Shown: positions 1-12,915 of the stretch, in pieces
How the letters are laid out: each line of letters opens with the position of its first letter
Numbering within the stretch: the stretch's first letter is position 1
DNA from: Podarcis cretensis
Taxonomy: Eukaryota
DNA: 64,000 nucleotides
Reading direction: 5' to 3'
Assembly: GCA_951804945.1 (NCBI GenBank)
Contig: OX638154.1
Span: 51,832,001-51,896,000 of the forward strand
Notes under the pieces: model-generated
The model's input: the letters and a program-made list of their open reading frames with translations, nothing else
The model's database searches: none
What the model was told of the DNA's origin: nothing
Position numbers and translations under genes: made by a program

Positions 1-1287
1 GGAATATTTGTATTATAGATAGGACACTATCCAGGGCAAAATCTAAAATAAAAATTTAATTTCAGTTCTATTCACTGCCTATATATGCCGTTCAGTATTG
101 TCTAAAACAATGAAAATGTCTGTCATGTATAGATTCTGCTAAGACTTCCTCAAAGAATGACCTCTCTCTTGAATAGTGCTGCTTCCTGCACATGCAGTCA
201 GGCTTTTCACTGCATTTGGGGGAAAGTTATGCTGTGATACCTTAGCTGGCCTTCAGCTTTATTAAAGATGGTGGTTTAAATATTTATACAGGTTGAGATG
301 GAGCCCATATAATCAGAAGTGCAGTTGCTGTGGTAACTGTGATCCTGAGAGATTGCTTTGCTTTCTTACTACTTTAAATCGTAAGAAAGAAAGAAACCTA
401 TGATTTGTTAATTTGTGTTGGTGTTGATAACTCAGGATGAGGTTTAAATTCAAACCTTTAAAGGTATAGAGTGGCTCCAACTGCTTCGCTGAAAGAACAA
501 CCATTTTACAAAAGGCATATAAGTAACAGGTTACAATTATTATGTGGCCAATATTCTTTTTGTATTTGTCAATAAAACCTTGAAAGGAGAGGAATTAAGG
601 CAGAAATTAATGCCCCCAATAGCTACAATTATAAAGGTTGTGATATGTAGCCCCTATGGTAACTTGGGAGTTTTTGGTGATAAAATGGCAGACAGAAAAT
701 CCAGTTTGTTTGACTCACATAGCAAATGGCTGTTTAAAAGTACTTCATTCTCCTCAGGCCTAGCAGAAACATTAGCTGCTCAACCACAATGCTTTTTCTT
801 AGAATGTAAAGACATATCCATTGATTGTGAGAGAGGACGAGTAATTAGAAAATGAACTTGGGAAACAATGTTGCGCCTGTGATAGAGAAATGTCAACTGT
901 CTCCATTCCCACACTGGCTGGTAGAAATTTGTGGTAATTTGGTTAGACTTGCTCTGCAAATAGTAACTTCACAAGGCATGTAGATCTGTCATGCAACAGA
1001 AAAATAGTCTGACAAGAGATTCTTTGTTGCTACTTACCTCCATCCTTTTTGGAAAGTTCAAGTTTAAAATAGCATATGAGATCCCCTTCTTTACCTTTCT
1101 TGGTGTCTAAAGTCCTATAATGGCAGGGAACATATTAGGTGCTCAATGCTATCACATTCTTATTTGTTTTACTCCCCCCCCCCCCCCGTTGCTGCTCTTA
1201 ACTATTTGAGGAAAAACAATTGATAAAAGGTGACACAACTGACATTTCTTATACAGGATTAGCTTGATTCTTTTTCTTTCTCCACAG

Positions 1288-1380
1288 GCCTCCAGAACTA
1301 GCATCAAAGTATGCTAACATCTCAGAGGGGGTTTGCAAGCCTGGATATGCATCTGCACTCATGACTGCCATCTTCCCAAA
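1288..1380 (+). CDS. ST3GAL3: ST3GAL3 internal coding exon (93 nt, stem region)
   Basis: Pyrimidine tract tttttctttctccacag, then g-cct-cca-gaa... reading PPELASKYANISEGVCKPGYASALMTAIFP(K), then gtaagt at 1381. Matches recalled human ST3GAL3 PAELATKYANFSEGACKPGYASALMTAIFPR. Phase 2-2. Confidence 0.97.
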
Positions 1381-2632
1381 GTAAGTTACCTGTGCCCTCA
1401 GGTTTGTGCATTACAGACCTTTACTCCTGCCATAATATTTTCCCCTGTTTGTGGTACAATGATGATGAAGACGGTGATTAAGGTAGCATCGTAATTTAGA
1501 GATTTGGGGGACTATATTCTTAGTGATTTATAAATTATCAGGGACGTATGTTACAGTAACATAAAATAAGCTAGTTTCGTGAAGCCATAATCAAAGCCAC
1601 TTAACACATTTTGAAAGATTTAAAACATCATATCCCTGTGTCATTAAAAGTTACTACCTAATTTATGGACAAAATCAACATATTTCATAATCTAAAACTG
1701 TACCTTGAAACAGGAGGACAAACAGTACCGATTAATTCCAAAATATAAATTTCACTGGTCATACATGCATAATTTCCTATCATATTTGCCATCCTTTACA
1801 GCATTTAATAATATGCAACTGTGTTTGAATATTCATGTATTGTTTCTCTTCCTTTCCCATTTCCCTTTTTTATGCATTCCATCTTTTTAGATTGCGTAGA
1901 ATTGCACTGATAAAGATAGGTTGATTTGTGCCCACAAGACTGACCCTCCCAGCAGGCAGAGTGAGGGAACTGCCCCAAGTACCTAATTTGTAGGTGTTAT
2001 GAAAGGCTGGTTACTTAATCTTTTTTGTATGCTAACTGCTAGTGAAGGGGAGATGTGCTTGTGGGTGCCAAATGACTTTGAGTTGAAGAGGAGCTGCCTT
2101 GTCCACCATCCAGTTCATTTTAGGTTCTTAGAATTATATATGATTCTTCACTTGATTTTGCAGTCATCAAGTAGTTTGTATATGCGTGTGTGTGTCTGCC
2201 TTGCTTATAAAGAAAGTTGTTTCTTGGATAAAAATAGAACCATATTATAGTATGATGACGCTGGTGTTTCTCAAATATATGTGTATATCTGACAGCATAC
2301 AAGAGAATTCAGGAGCTGGAAGGCAGAAACCAGTATTCACTGTTTGGCTTTAAATGGCGTGTTGCTGTGTCCTTGTTCATTGAAAAGATCATTCTAAATT
2401 GGAGGCCTTTGCTCATCTGAGAGTTGGATTGCTGAATAGCTTTTGACCTTTCTTTGGGAAGAGGGGTCTGGCTTTCCACATTTAATACAAGGGCCTCCAG
2501 TCCTACGGAATATGCCTGTGGTATACAGTACACAATGCGACAAAGCCCTTCGCGACAATGCGAAAAATCCTAACCCTGAGGATTTTCTGCTCACAAACAA
2601 GCTGCAGTTATGTACCAGTGTACAAACCCTGC

Positions 2633-2635
2633 TTG

Positions 2636-2675
<40 letters not shown>

Positions 2676-2676
2676 C
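2633..2676. repeat. (CCTG)n microsatellite, ~10 units
   Basis: Direct reading of the sequence. Confidence 0.95.
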
Positions 2677-5649
2677 CATTTTGTAGTTCACAGTTGTGTG
2701 GAAATAACAAAGAGCATTCGCATCATAAGTCAAGAGCTTCTGGTCTGCTGTTTTAAAAGGAGATAAAACATGTATAACTCATTATGAAGTTGTTCCGGTA
2801 GCATTTCTCAGTGTATGTGTGGATTTATTGAGAGATGAATTCAACAAAGTATGGGTAATGTTGGGTTTTATAATGTGACTTCAGGACTATATTCACTGTG
2901 TATCAGCAGTGAATAATGTACAGATGTGTAGGGTCAAAAGATGGTGGTCACTTTTATATCCAGTTTTGAGTATAATTCAGTAAAATGTAATCTGGTTGCT
3001 ATGAAAAGGAGCTCTGGAGTTATATTAGGGTACACTAGACAGACTTTGAAGATGTGTGTCCAGTTGCCTGATGTGCATGGGAGATTGCAGAGTGAAATCC
3101 TGCTGGCAGTATGTGTCTGCTTTGCTGCAGTGTTAGAAACTGAGATATGAAAACTAGGAGCTAAACCTAAGTTATGGGCGCAACAATGGAATGTCTAGAC
3201 ACACTTCTTTTATAACAAGAATACAAAGGTGAAAATGAATGAACTGCAGCTAAAATATTTTGTTCGTTTTTCACATGGTCTTGTCCCTGCAGGGTATTAT
3301 GATATTTTCCCTTAAAGGATGAGCAGCGTCTATTAGCATTTGGGTTTGAGCTTTCAGGAAGTCAATAGAGTAGCCACTTAGGGGTGAGTTCATATTTTCA
3401 TGAGGCACTATAAGATACTTGCTTGATTGCAGGTGCCACTTCTGAAAGGTGGATGCTGCTGAATATTCTGGGAGACTGAATTTTTGAGGGCATCTTTAAC
3501 ACAAGATGAAACTTACCTTATACGTTCCATGGACACTAAGGAGAGACGTAGTTTTGCCTTATCCGTATATTGCTTGTTCCTCTTGATGGATATGGGACAG
3601 TCTGGCACAATGGTCATTGGAGCCTCTCTGTTGTCTTACTTAGGAGTGAGAGTAGGCAGGGACACCAGGAGTCGCCCTGTCATGTCCCCTCATTATTCTC
3701 CCTCTGTTCTTAGTTACCTGTTCAGTTTTCAGGTTTGCTAAGGTACTGTTAGGTTGACAGATGCTTGGCGACTGACATTGCTCAGGCACAGGTGTGCCAG
3801 CTTGGCCCCGTGACTGTGGGTGCCCAGGATTGTGGATGCCATGCAGCGTGCATGGCCCTGCCATGGACCTTGTGGATGCCCGGGCCCTTCATGGGGAATT
3901 TTGTGGGTGCTCAGGCACCCAGGGCCCCAGGGAGTTGGTACCTATGTTCAGGCATACTTTGCAAGGAGCCCATCTTTCCAGAAGACCAAAATGGAGAAAG
4001 GCCTTTTCTGTCTGCACATTGCCTCACATCCATATATGGCCAAGTTCCTGTTTCTCAACTATAGATGCTGTAAGGCTGCTGCAATCTGGCTGTGACGTTT
4101 GTTCTTGATGATAGTTCAGTATGTGTTGGAAAAGACAAATGATGCTGAAATTTGTCATGGTGGAGCCTTAGTTCTGGGGGAGCTAATTTATGGTGAGCAA
4201 TTATTTTAATTATTGCATTTTGGAAACTTCCATATGTATTAGGTATCACATTTAAATTAAAACCTGGAACATTTCAAAATGATATATATGAAATGTTTCT
4301 GTTTTTCTTCACACTTTGGTTTTCATTATGTGCCCATGGCAGCTTCACAAAATGTGATCTCTTTTCCTTCAGTTCAGTTTCAGCAAGTATCTCCTTTTTT
4401 TAAAGCGTGAGGTGACAGGCTTGTTGCTTTAAAGCCCCAGTTAAGTTCAAAGGCTCCAGTTGTCCTTGCAAATTAACTCAACTCTTCTCCACTGAGATAG
4501 CAGTATCTGCTGTAGATATTAATTCTTTCAGTTAATATAAAATGTTCAGCTTAATACTATCGCCTGTTTTACCGAAGCCTTAGTAATTTTAAAAGGGAGA
4601 GAGGGTGTGTCCATGAATTAGTCTGTTTTGACAGTTTTATACTAATTATGTTGCATAGTAATCTTCCTTGCATGACCCTTGCTCCCTCCCTCCCTCCCTC
4701 CCTCCCCCCTCTTGTGATTCTAGGACTCATTTTCTGCTTTTTCTGCTTTTCTACCTTCTACAGTATAGAAGGGTTTAATTAACAGTGATGCCCCCTCTAG
4801 TAATTAGTGCACGGTATCCTTATTTGATGACTATACTAGTGAGAGAGCCAAGGAATATGAAATACTGTACTCTCTTTTCCAGGTTGATGAATTAGTGGAG
4901 ATTTACAGTTTTACTGGCTGAGAATTCCTGGTTCTCAAAAAAGGGAAAACAGACACAGTACCTGTTTATATTAGCCAACTAATGCTTAAAATGCTAGAAA
5001 AATACTTTTGAGTTGCATAATGCTCTTCATTAGGATGATAAACAACCACTGATATTAATGATCATGGTGTTGTTGTTTTATCTAGTTTTTACTCAGCAGT
5101 GCTGGCAGACTATTTAATACCAAGCTAGAGAAAATAATTGAAGCATACATTTAACTAGAAGACAAATAGTCCATGTTGTTAAGGGTTCACGTTTGCAGAA
5201 GTCAAACCCTGACTTAGCCATGAGGTTTACTGGGAAGTATGACCCAGTCACACTGACACACTCACAGCACCCAAATGACATATTCCTGCATTTGTATGAC
5301 TATTACATGAGAATGCACCCAACAACTACCATCTAGATCTTATCTATCTCCCTAGACTGAAACATAAAAATCATGGGAAGCAAAAATCTGAGACTTTTAT
5401 TATTCAGACCATGGAGACAGATGTGTTCTGTGATTTGATGGCAGTTAGGGGCTGATCCTGTGTTTAAAAAAAGAAAGTTATGCACATTCAATCTAGTCAA
5501 TCGGAGTAGCACAGACCACTGCTGAAGAATGACTTAAATATAGCCAGGAAGAGGATAAAGGAAATTCGGGGGTGGGGTAAAAACAACAGCAGCTATTGCA
5601 GGTACCGAGTGGATCATGGATTCATTATTTTTTCCTTCTGTAATAAGAG

Positions 5650-5870
5650 GATAAGAAAAATGATATTGGGTCCAGCCAAAGGCCTATCTAGTCCTGTTCT
5701 CACAATGGCCAACCAGATGCCTATGGGAAGACTGAAAACAAGATTTGAGTACAATAGTGCTCTCCTCACTTATGATTCCCAGCAATTGTTATTCAGAGGT
5801 ACACTTCCTCTAACACTTCTTCTAACATATTAATAGCCATGAATTTGTCTAATACACTTTAATAGCCATG
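5650..5870 (-). mobile_element. Decayed CR1-family 3' UTR fragment
   Basis: gggtccagccaaaggcctatctagtcctgttctcacaatggccaaccagatgcctatgggaa is the reverse-complement counterpart of the old CR1 3' UTR at 62395-62480. Confidence 0.65.
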
Positions 5871-7675
5871 TAATCATCAGAACCATCATCACGTCTTCAG
5901 CTTCTGGTTTATTGAACATCACCACCATGAGTCCTAAATATTGATGCAGTCGAAAAGACATGAATCGCTTTTGCTATTGAGAGAGACTCCCTGCAGCTTT
6001 GTATTATTATCTGCTGCACACTTGCAATAGTTCCTCAATCATTTTCTCTCCCCCTCTCCAAATAATAAGTTAATTATTTGGGCTGGAATTAATCATTGCT
6101 CTAATACGATTTTCCCATCAGTACATGCATTTCTGCTTGCCTGGTGGAATGATCTCCCCTCTCTTCCCCCTGTGCTTTCTTCTGGAGGTTCTCTTGACCC
6201 CCAGAGCCAGTGTGGAGGAGGGAACCTCTATTGCTCTAACTCCTACAGGTGCAACTATTGAATTGAATCAAATCTGGCCCTAAATAAAACAAACCATCTT
6301 TCAAGTTGATTAGGCCAGCCTAGATTAATGAGTGACAGATCGTTTTACTCCTCATAACTTTTTATCATGCTGAAGTGTTGAGGCTGCTGTTGCCACAAAA
6401 CAATGTGGGTGGGCAAATGAGGAATAATCCTCCCTGTTCCATCCTCCCCACTCTGTGCCGAAGAGGCCTGGTGAGCCCAGTTCTGCCGCTGCCTACAAGC
6501 AAAAGTAAGTGGGTGGACAGGCTAGGAAGAGGAAGCCCAGACAAATGCAGAATGTCTTCCATTTTCCATCCACTGCCACTTCCTCACAGAATACTCCCTC
6601 CGCCTTATCCGATTAAGATCCAAAATAGAAGGTAGGACATCCAGTCAGAAGTAATGGCAGAAGCAAGTGTGCTCGCATTAAAAGAGGTGAGCAAGTCCAA
6701 ACAAAGTAATGAGGGACTGTTTGCAGTGGAAGGGAGAAAAGAAGTCCCTTCTCTCTTGTTTGAAATTAAGGGACTTTCCATGGGTGCCAGAGGGGAGACT
6801 ATGGACACACTTGTGCATGTGGTTGCCACAATGGCACTCCCTCTCCAGCCAATTAGACCTCCTTCCAAGCATCTTACTTTCCATTTTGACTTGCCTTTTT
6901 ACTCAGCACTCAGAATCTATTAAGCAGTTGGAAAGCTATGACACACTGGAAAATGTTTATAATGCAAATTAATGGAATCTATTATTTTGGGATGTAAATG
7001 AAGGGTTTTTTTAGTATAAATATTACAAACTCTATGAATAGGTGCAGGACATCTAATATCTGGAGAAAGTTGTTTACAGGTTGCAGTTAGGAGGCTTCTT
7101 ATGCTAAGCTCTGTGGAGATTGAACAATGCTTTTTCTCTGAAAATGTTACAGCGTTTGGATATGGATGTTCTCAGAAGTGCCTACTATGGGCTTTGTTTA
7201 GTCTGGAGAGCATATACCACAGCAGAAACCATTAAGGGAGTCTCCAGTTTTATTGGGCTTTCCACTGACACTTGTGGTCATAACTGAGAAATTTGCAAAT
7301 AACAGTGACAGAAGGCTGATGGCTACCTTAGACTGAAGTCATAACTTGGAATGGAATTTTCTCGGCTCCTGAGCCATTGTCTCCTTGTACTGAAGTTTAA
7401 TACAGGCACATTTCCTCCCTTTTCTGTGCTTAATGCTACTTAATCTCTGTGTTCAGTCAAACTAATCACATTAAATCCCCAGATGAAAGATGCAATTATA
7501 GCTGGACATGTTCAAAATATGTTCTGTTCTGTTGTGTTATGGTAAATGGAAATTCAGAGCACCACAAGATTCCATGCTGCTGTTCTAAAGTATTGTGAAC
7601 TGCTTACCAACATTTCATCACACCCAGTTTATTCCTTGTTCCTAGGTTTTCCATAATTATTTTGTGATTTCAAAC

Positions 7676-7825
7676 CAGGCCTGCAAAGAGTTTGCCTGAG
7701 GCTTGAGGCGGGAGTCTTGTGCACGACAGCGTAAGACCAGCAGGCCCCTGGCAGTACCCCCACCCCACCCTGGTCAGCTTAGCCCTCTAAGGCCTGGGGC
7801 TGCCCCCACCCTCTGCTTGGGCCTG
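7676..7825. mobile_element. Possible hAT-like MITE (150 bp)
   Basis: GC-rich island bounded by caggcctgcaaagag / ctctgcttgggcctg. The flanks tttcaaac and tgtaaaac match at 6 of 8 positions, a possible decayed 8-bp TSD. Confidence 0.45.
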
Positions 7826-9085
7826 TGTAAAACTGTTCCTGAAAAGACCAGGAAACTTGACAAAGAAAAGACAGCAGTTCTATGAACATTTACTTGAGAG
7901 CTAGTCCCATTGAATACAGTGGGACTTCCTTCCGAGTAAATATTCACATGGTGCAAGCAGGTATTGACTGATTAATAGAACAGATAGCACCGTATTACAC
8001 AAACCAGGTCATTTTTTTTACAATCTGTTTTGTCAATCTTGTGTTAGGAGTAAGATTCATACACATAATCTCAGTAATCGTGTTCATGCCCATATTACAG
8101 AAAGAGGGCTGAGCCTGAGCGTAATGGCTTGCTTAAGGGCTCAGTGAATTCAAGACTCAGGTGAGATTTAAATTTCCTGGGTATTAAGCCATTATTTTGA
8201 ACAGCAATGTCTACTCAACATCTAAAGACATGGTTATACTCACGTGAAGAGTGATCATGCCCTGTAGTTTACATCACTTGTGGTATACCATGCTTTGTTT
8301 GTGAGAGTGATGAACATAACTGGAGACAAGGCCAGGATCAGAGGAACTGATAAAAATAGCACAAAATATGCTCAGAGGGGAATCTGCCTGTTTATTTCTA
8401 GAGCTTGGACTTTTGCCTAGTGGTGAGAGTATCTAGACAATAAAACTGCTAGGTTTGTTCAGCACATTTCTATGTTAGTTCCAGAGAAAGAGAGAGAAAA
8501 TTAGGCAAAGTGTTCAGCTCTTTTTGTGGAATACAGAGGGGGTCTTGGATTCGTGGCTTATTGTGACACTGATCAATTTTAATTAGAATGGAGGGGAAAG
8601 ATAGCTATTATCTGTAAGAAAAGACTATAAAAATTTACATTCATATCAGAAAATGTTGCTTTGCATATAGCTGAAATGTTTAGCTGCTCTTCTAAGAAAG
8701 AGATGTGCTTAGAATCCCAGACTTGGAAGTCTATACCTGTAATTTGACTTTCTATTGCAGAGACTTGAAATGTTGCATTTACCGTAGTTATTTAAAATAT
8801 TTATATTCTGCCTTTTGTGGTTTGCTTGTTTCTTTTTTACTTTTACATAAGTATCAGTTAATAGAAATAAATTAAAATAACAACCGAAAATTCTAAATTC
8901 AAACAAACAATTCTAAATTATAAAAGGAGATACCTATCCGTAAAATAGTAGTGCCAGTAAAAACAGCACAATAGACACTCAAATCTTAGGAGAAATTCTC
9001 TTAGCATGGCACCTCAAGATCAACAAAGTAAGCACCAAGCATGTATCTGTGGGGGGGACCATTCCACAAGTAGTACACCACTACA

Positions 9086-9367
9086 TTTCTGCCAACCTAG
9101 CAGTTTGAAAGCACACCAGTGCAAGTAGATAAATAGGTACCGCTGCGACGGGAAGGTAAACAGCATTTCCATGCGCTCTGGTTTCCATCAAAGTGTTCTG
9201 TGTTCTGTTGCGCCAGAAGTGGTTTAGTAATGCTGGCCACCTGACCCTGAAAGCTGTCTCTGAACAAACGCTGGCACCCTCAACCTGAAGCAAGATGAGC
9301 ACTGCACCCCAAAGTCACCTTTGACTGTACTTAAGCATCCAGGGGTCCTTTACTTTTTCCTTTACCT
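9086..9367 (+). mobile_element. 5'-truncated Sauria SINE
   Basis: Core ctgccaacctagcagtttgaaagcac...gcaagtagataaataggtaccgc and a cctttacct-type tail. 12-bp TSD tacaccactaca at 9074-9085 and 9368-9379. Confidence 0.88.
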
Positions 9368-9444
9368 TACACCACTACAAAAAGGCCCATTATTTTGTCA
9401 CCCTCCCCCTTTAACCTCTGAATGCAAAGGTACCTGAAATACCT

Positions 9445-9745
9445 AGTTGGCGTTTTTTGTCTTGGGAGACAGTGGGGGAGTGTGACTTTGGAGGTGAAGT
9501 CAGACTGATGGAAGGTTACAGCGCCTGCTGTGGCTGTAGAGACTGATACGGGATGGACATGTTTTGTTGCAGCTGGGGCAGATGAAGGTGTCTGGTGCTT
9601 CTGCTGCAGCAGATGCACCATGGCATGATTCCTCTTCTATGCTATGGATGTACAACCTGACTGTCTCTAGGGACTGCAGTTGTTTGTCAGCCTTTGTGTC
9701 ACATTTGCATGCATCTTTGTAATGCAAGGTTGGTCTGCCAATTGG
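9445..9745 (-). mobile_element. RTE-clade LINE 3' fragment
   Basis: The minus strand encodes GRPTLHYKDACKCDTKA and the C-terminal Zn-finger-like FICPSCNKTCPSRISLYSHSRRC, typical of RTE ORF ends (ORF 9500..9727). Confidence 0.8.
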
Positions 9746-12700
9746 CCTGGTGCCTTAAGCCACATCCTCAGGACCTCTGAATATCATCTGGAAAAGTGGG
9801 CAGGCTCATATGGGAACAAAGGGTGGTATTCACCTAACCAGCCCTGTCAGTGGAAGCCTTTGCAATGACTTCTGCTTGCACTAAGGAGCTTCCTCCATCT
9901 CTGAACGCCATGCCCCCAGAATTGACTTGGGAGGGTTCTGGAAAACCTCCATAACAGAGTGTTTTGGGGGAGGCAAGGGGGAATTGTTGCATCTTGCAAT
10001 GCTTGCACAGATGGAAGCATTAGTAGAGCATAATGTTGAATTCCACCTAGTCCTTTTTACAGTGAATATGAATTCATTGCCTACTGTAACTATCCAAAAC
10101 GTTGTGATTCTAATGATCTCATATCTACTTCAGTAATTATGACTTGATTTTGAAATCCAGTTTCTTGTTGTATATAATGGTTTTTCCTGTGACGCAGGTG
10201 ATGGAATATTTCACAGTGATGGAATATTAAGTAATGAAAGCTTTCTAGGATGAAGAATATCATGTAAATGAGAAGAAATGCTTCTAGAGATCTCCAGAGG
10301 GCAAATGAGATATAAGAGTTCCTGTTTTTTATGAGTTGTAAAACTACAAGGGGAGAAATCCCAGGTAACACAGACAGATAATACAAATTGCTGGTGATAG
10401 CAAAGACAAAAGCCTAGAGGTTTGGGTCATCTTCGGGTTTGTGATAATGAAAAAAAAATAGTACCGGGTGAATTATCTACTTACAGTGTACAAATGAATA
10501 ACAGCGAATGATGTTGGGATATTGTTTTCACAATGTGGTGTACATGCCTTTAGAGAGTATGTAGTATAAAGTGCCGACAGGGTTGTTTTGTTCCTTAGTC
10601 TGAAGTGTAAGATAATGCCTTAGAACCTAGTGTAAGGCAAGAGTTGGCTTGAGTCATGGTTTGTTTTGTTGGATCTGTACCCTGCTGTCCCCAAGAACTT
10701 TTTTGAATTTATCTGGGGAAAGTCTACATAGATTAATATGCTCTGATGAAGAGAGATATTCTAAGGAGAATAGCAGCTGGTTGAATGTTATATTTTCAGA
10801 ACAATTGATTTGATTGAATTGATTTATTATACTTTTATGCTGCTTTTCATTCAAATGAATCCTAAAGCAGCTTACAAACAATAAATAAGAATAGCATGAT
10901 AGAACATAATAGAACATCACAAATACAGCATAAATCATATAGAATAATTAACAAATTATCTGTGAAATCAATACAGCATTATTAACAACATTAACAAAAT
11001 AGCCAAAAAATAAACTAAGCACTGTTAAATTCATATGCACACTCCCCACACCCCTATGACTCATAATTGTTCGCTGTTCAGCTCATTAAAATACACATCC
11101 ACATAATGCCCGTGGCAGCAACTCCCTTCTGAAGGTTTTTCAGGCTGGAGGTGGGGCAGCACAGGTGAAACCAGCCACCCCCTAATGACAAACAGTCTCT
11201 CTTCCCTCACAGTTCTTACTCTGGAAACAGCTCCCTTATGAGAGCTCCTAGGGCTGTAGGGTGGGGCAAGGCAGGTGGAAAAAGCCATTACCTGCTGGCC
11301 ATTGGCCAACAGAAAGCAGTCCGTGGAAAAATCAATTTGTTCTGATACAGCACTAAACTGGGTTTTCCTAGGGGAAGGTGGTGGGGCAAATGGACGTGTG
11401 GATGAGCCCTCAGATGTGTTTATAGCTCCCTGACCAAAGGAGCTCTTCATTATCTCACTAATGCCTCTGATCCCAAACTTCTTCAGAAGATATGAAGGAA
11501 ACATGTGGTGATCATCCCAGCAACACCTCAGTGACCTGGTAGCAGTTCATGTAATTTTTTTAAATTAAGACTGTTCATTATATTATTGCATTCTTATGGC
11601 TAGTGAATACTCAATGTGTACTCCATAAAGCAGAGCTGACCACTGCAGATTTGAGCAGAGGGAAAACATAATTTCACTCTTTTTCCTTTCTTGCATTCAG
11701 CTCTCCTTGCAGACTTGTGTTTACCCATTAATCTCCACCCAAAGACTTTTATTCCATTGTGCTTACTGATCCTGTAATTTCATATGATGTAAGGCTGATA
11801 TACATTTCAAAATAATTGTATTTGCAGGATGGGCTTAAGCTTTAAAGTAACACATCCCCCCCCTTTGATATTTGCTTTCTCCTTCTAGTTTAGGTTCAGC
11901 AACAGTATAAAAAGTATGGGGAAAGCTTATAAGTAAAGAATAACAGAAGCAGGATACTTCCCTGGTTAGAGAAGCTGGCTTACCTGTTCATTGAGTTTTA
12001 TTGTTCCAAAATCCCTGCCTGTGAAGATTTTTAATCTAGGAGAATTGGGAAAAGTTCTGACTGGTCCGACTGCTGTTGCATTCCAGCTTAAATGACTACA
12101 TGTGTCTAATTTTGATTTCCTTCTAAATCATTAGGGACATCACTCCTTTGAACCTCTACTTGATGCAGTTGAAATTGGATGCCTTGCCTGTCAACAGAAA
12201 TGTAGTCCGTTAATAGTGTTGAATTTATTTGTTTTAATTAAATGACTATTAAAATCATGAAAGAGGCCTTGTGTTTGGGAGAGAGTGTTTCACATCCTAT
12301 AAACACATTGCAAACTCTTCCCAGAAGTGGTAGAGAGCTGATATGTATGCAAGGCCATGAGAGACTTCAGAGCTGCCTTCTGTGCGTGTGTGCTCTGAGC
12401 TTTGTCCCACTGCTTGCTGCAGAAAAGCAACCTATTCTTTTCTGTTCTTACATTGCAGCCCAAGTACTTTGGACAGCGACCTTTATGTTTCTCTTAACCT
12501 TTGTTTGAAGGGTGTGTGTGTGAAATTTGTCCTTTAGATTTCGGGTGGGTTTAGGTTTAGGTTTAGTGCTGACAAATACCCTGAGAAGAGTACTGAAAGC
12601 TGGTGCAGCTGTTTTCTCTTGCAGTGTAGTTTAGTCTCCCTGGCCGCCCATTCAGCTTCTCTTCAAATGTTATGAAGAATTTTTTCTGTGTTTCTTGTAC

Positions 12701-12842
12701 AGAGGGTGGATAGATTCTTTTCTACATCCTTAAAGTGACCTAGCAATCTGGCACATCAGAACAGGTGCTGGCAGATTATTTGCTCTTGATTTATGTCCAA
12801 CAGTCTATGTGTGGATTAGGCTACTATAGTGAAGTGCTAGAC

Positions 12843-12915
12843 TATTTTTATTTTATTTTATTTTATTTTATTTTATTTTATTTTATTTTATTTTATTTTA
12901 TTTTATTTTATTTTA
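12843..12915. repeat. (TATTT)n pentanucleotide microsatellite, ~14 units
   Basis: Direct reading of the sequence. Confidence 0.97.
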
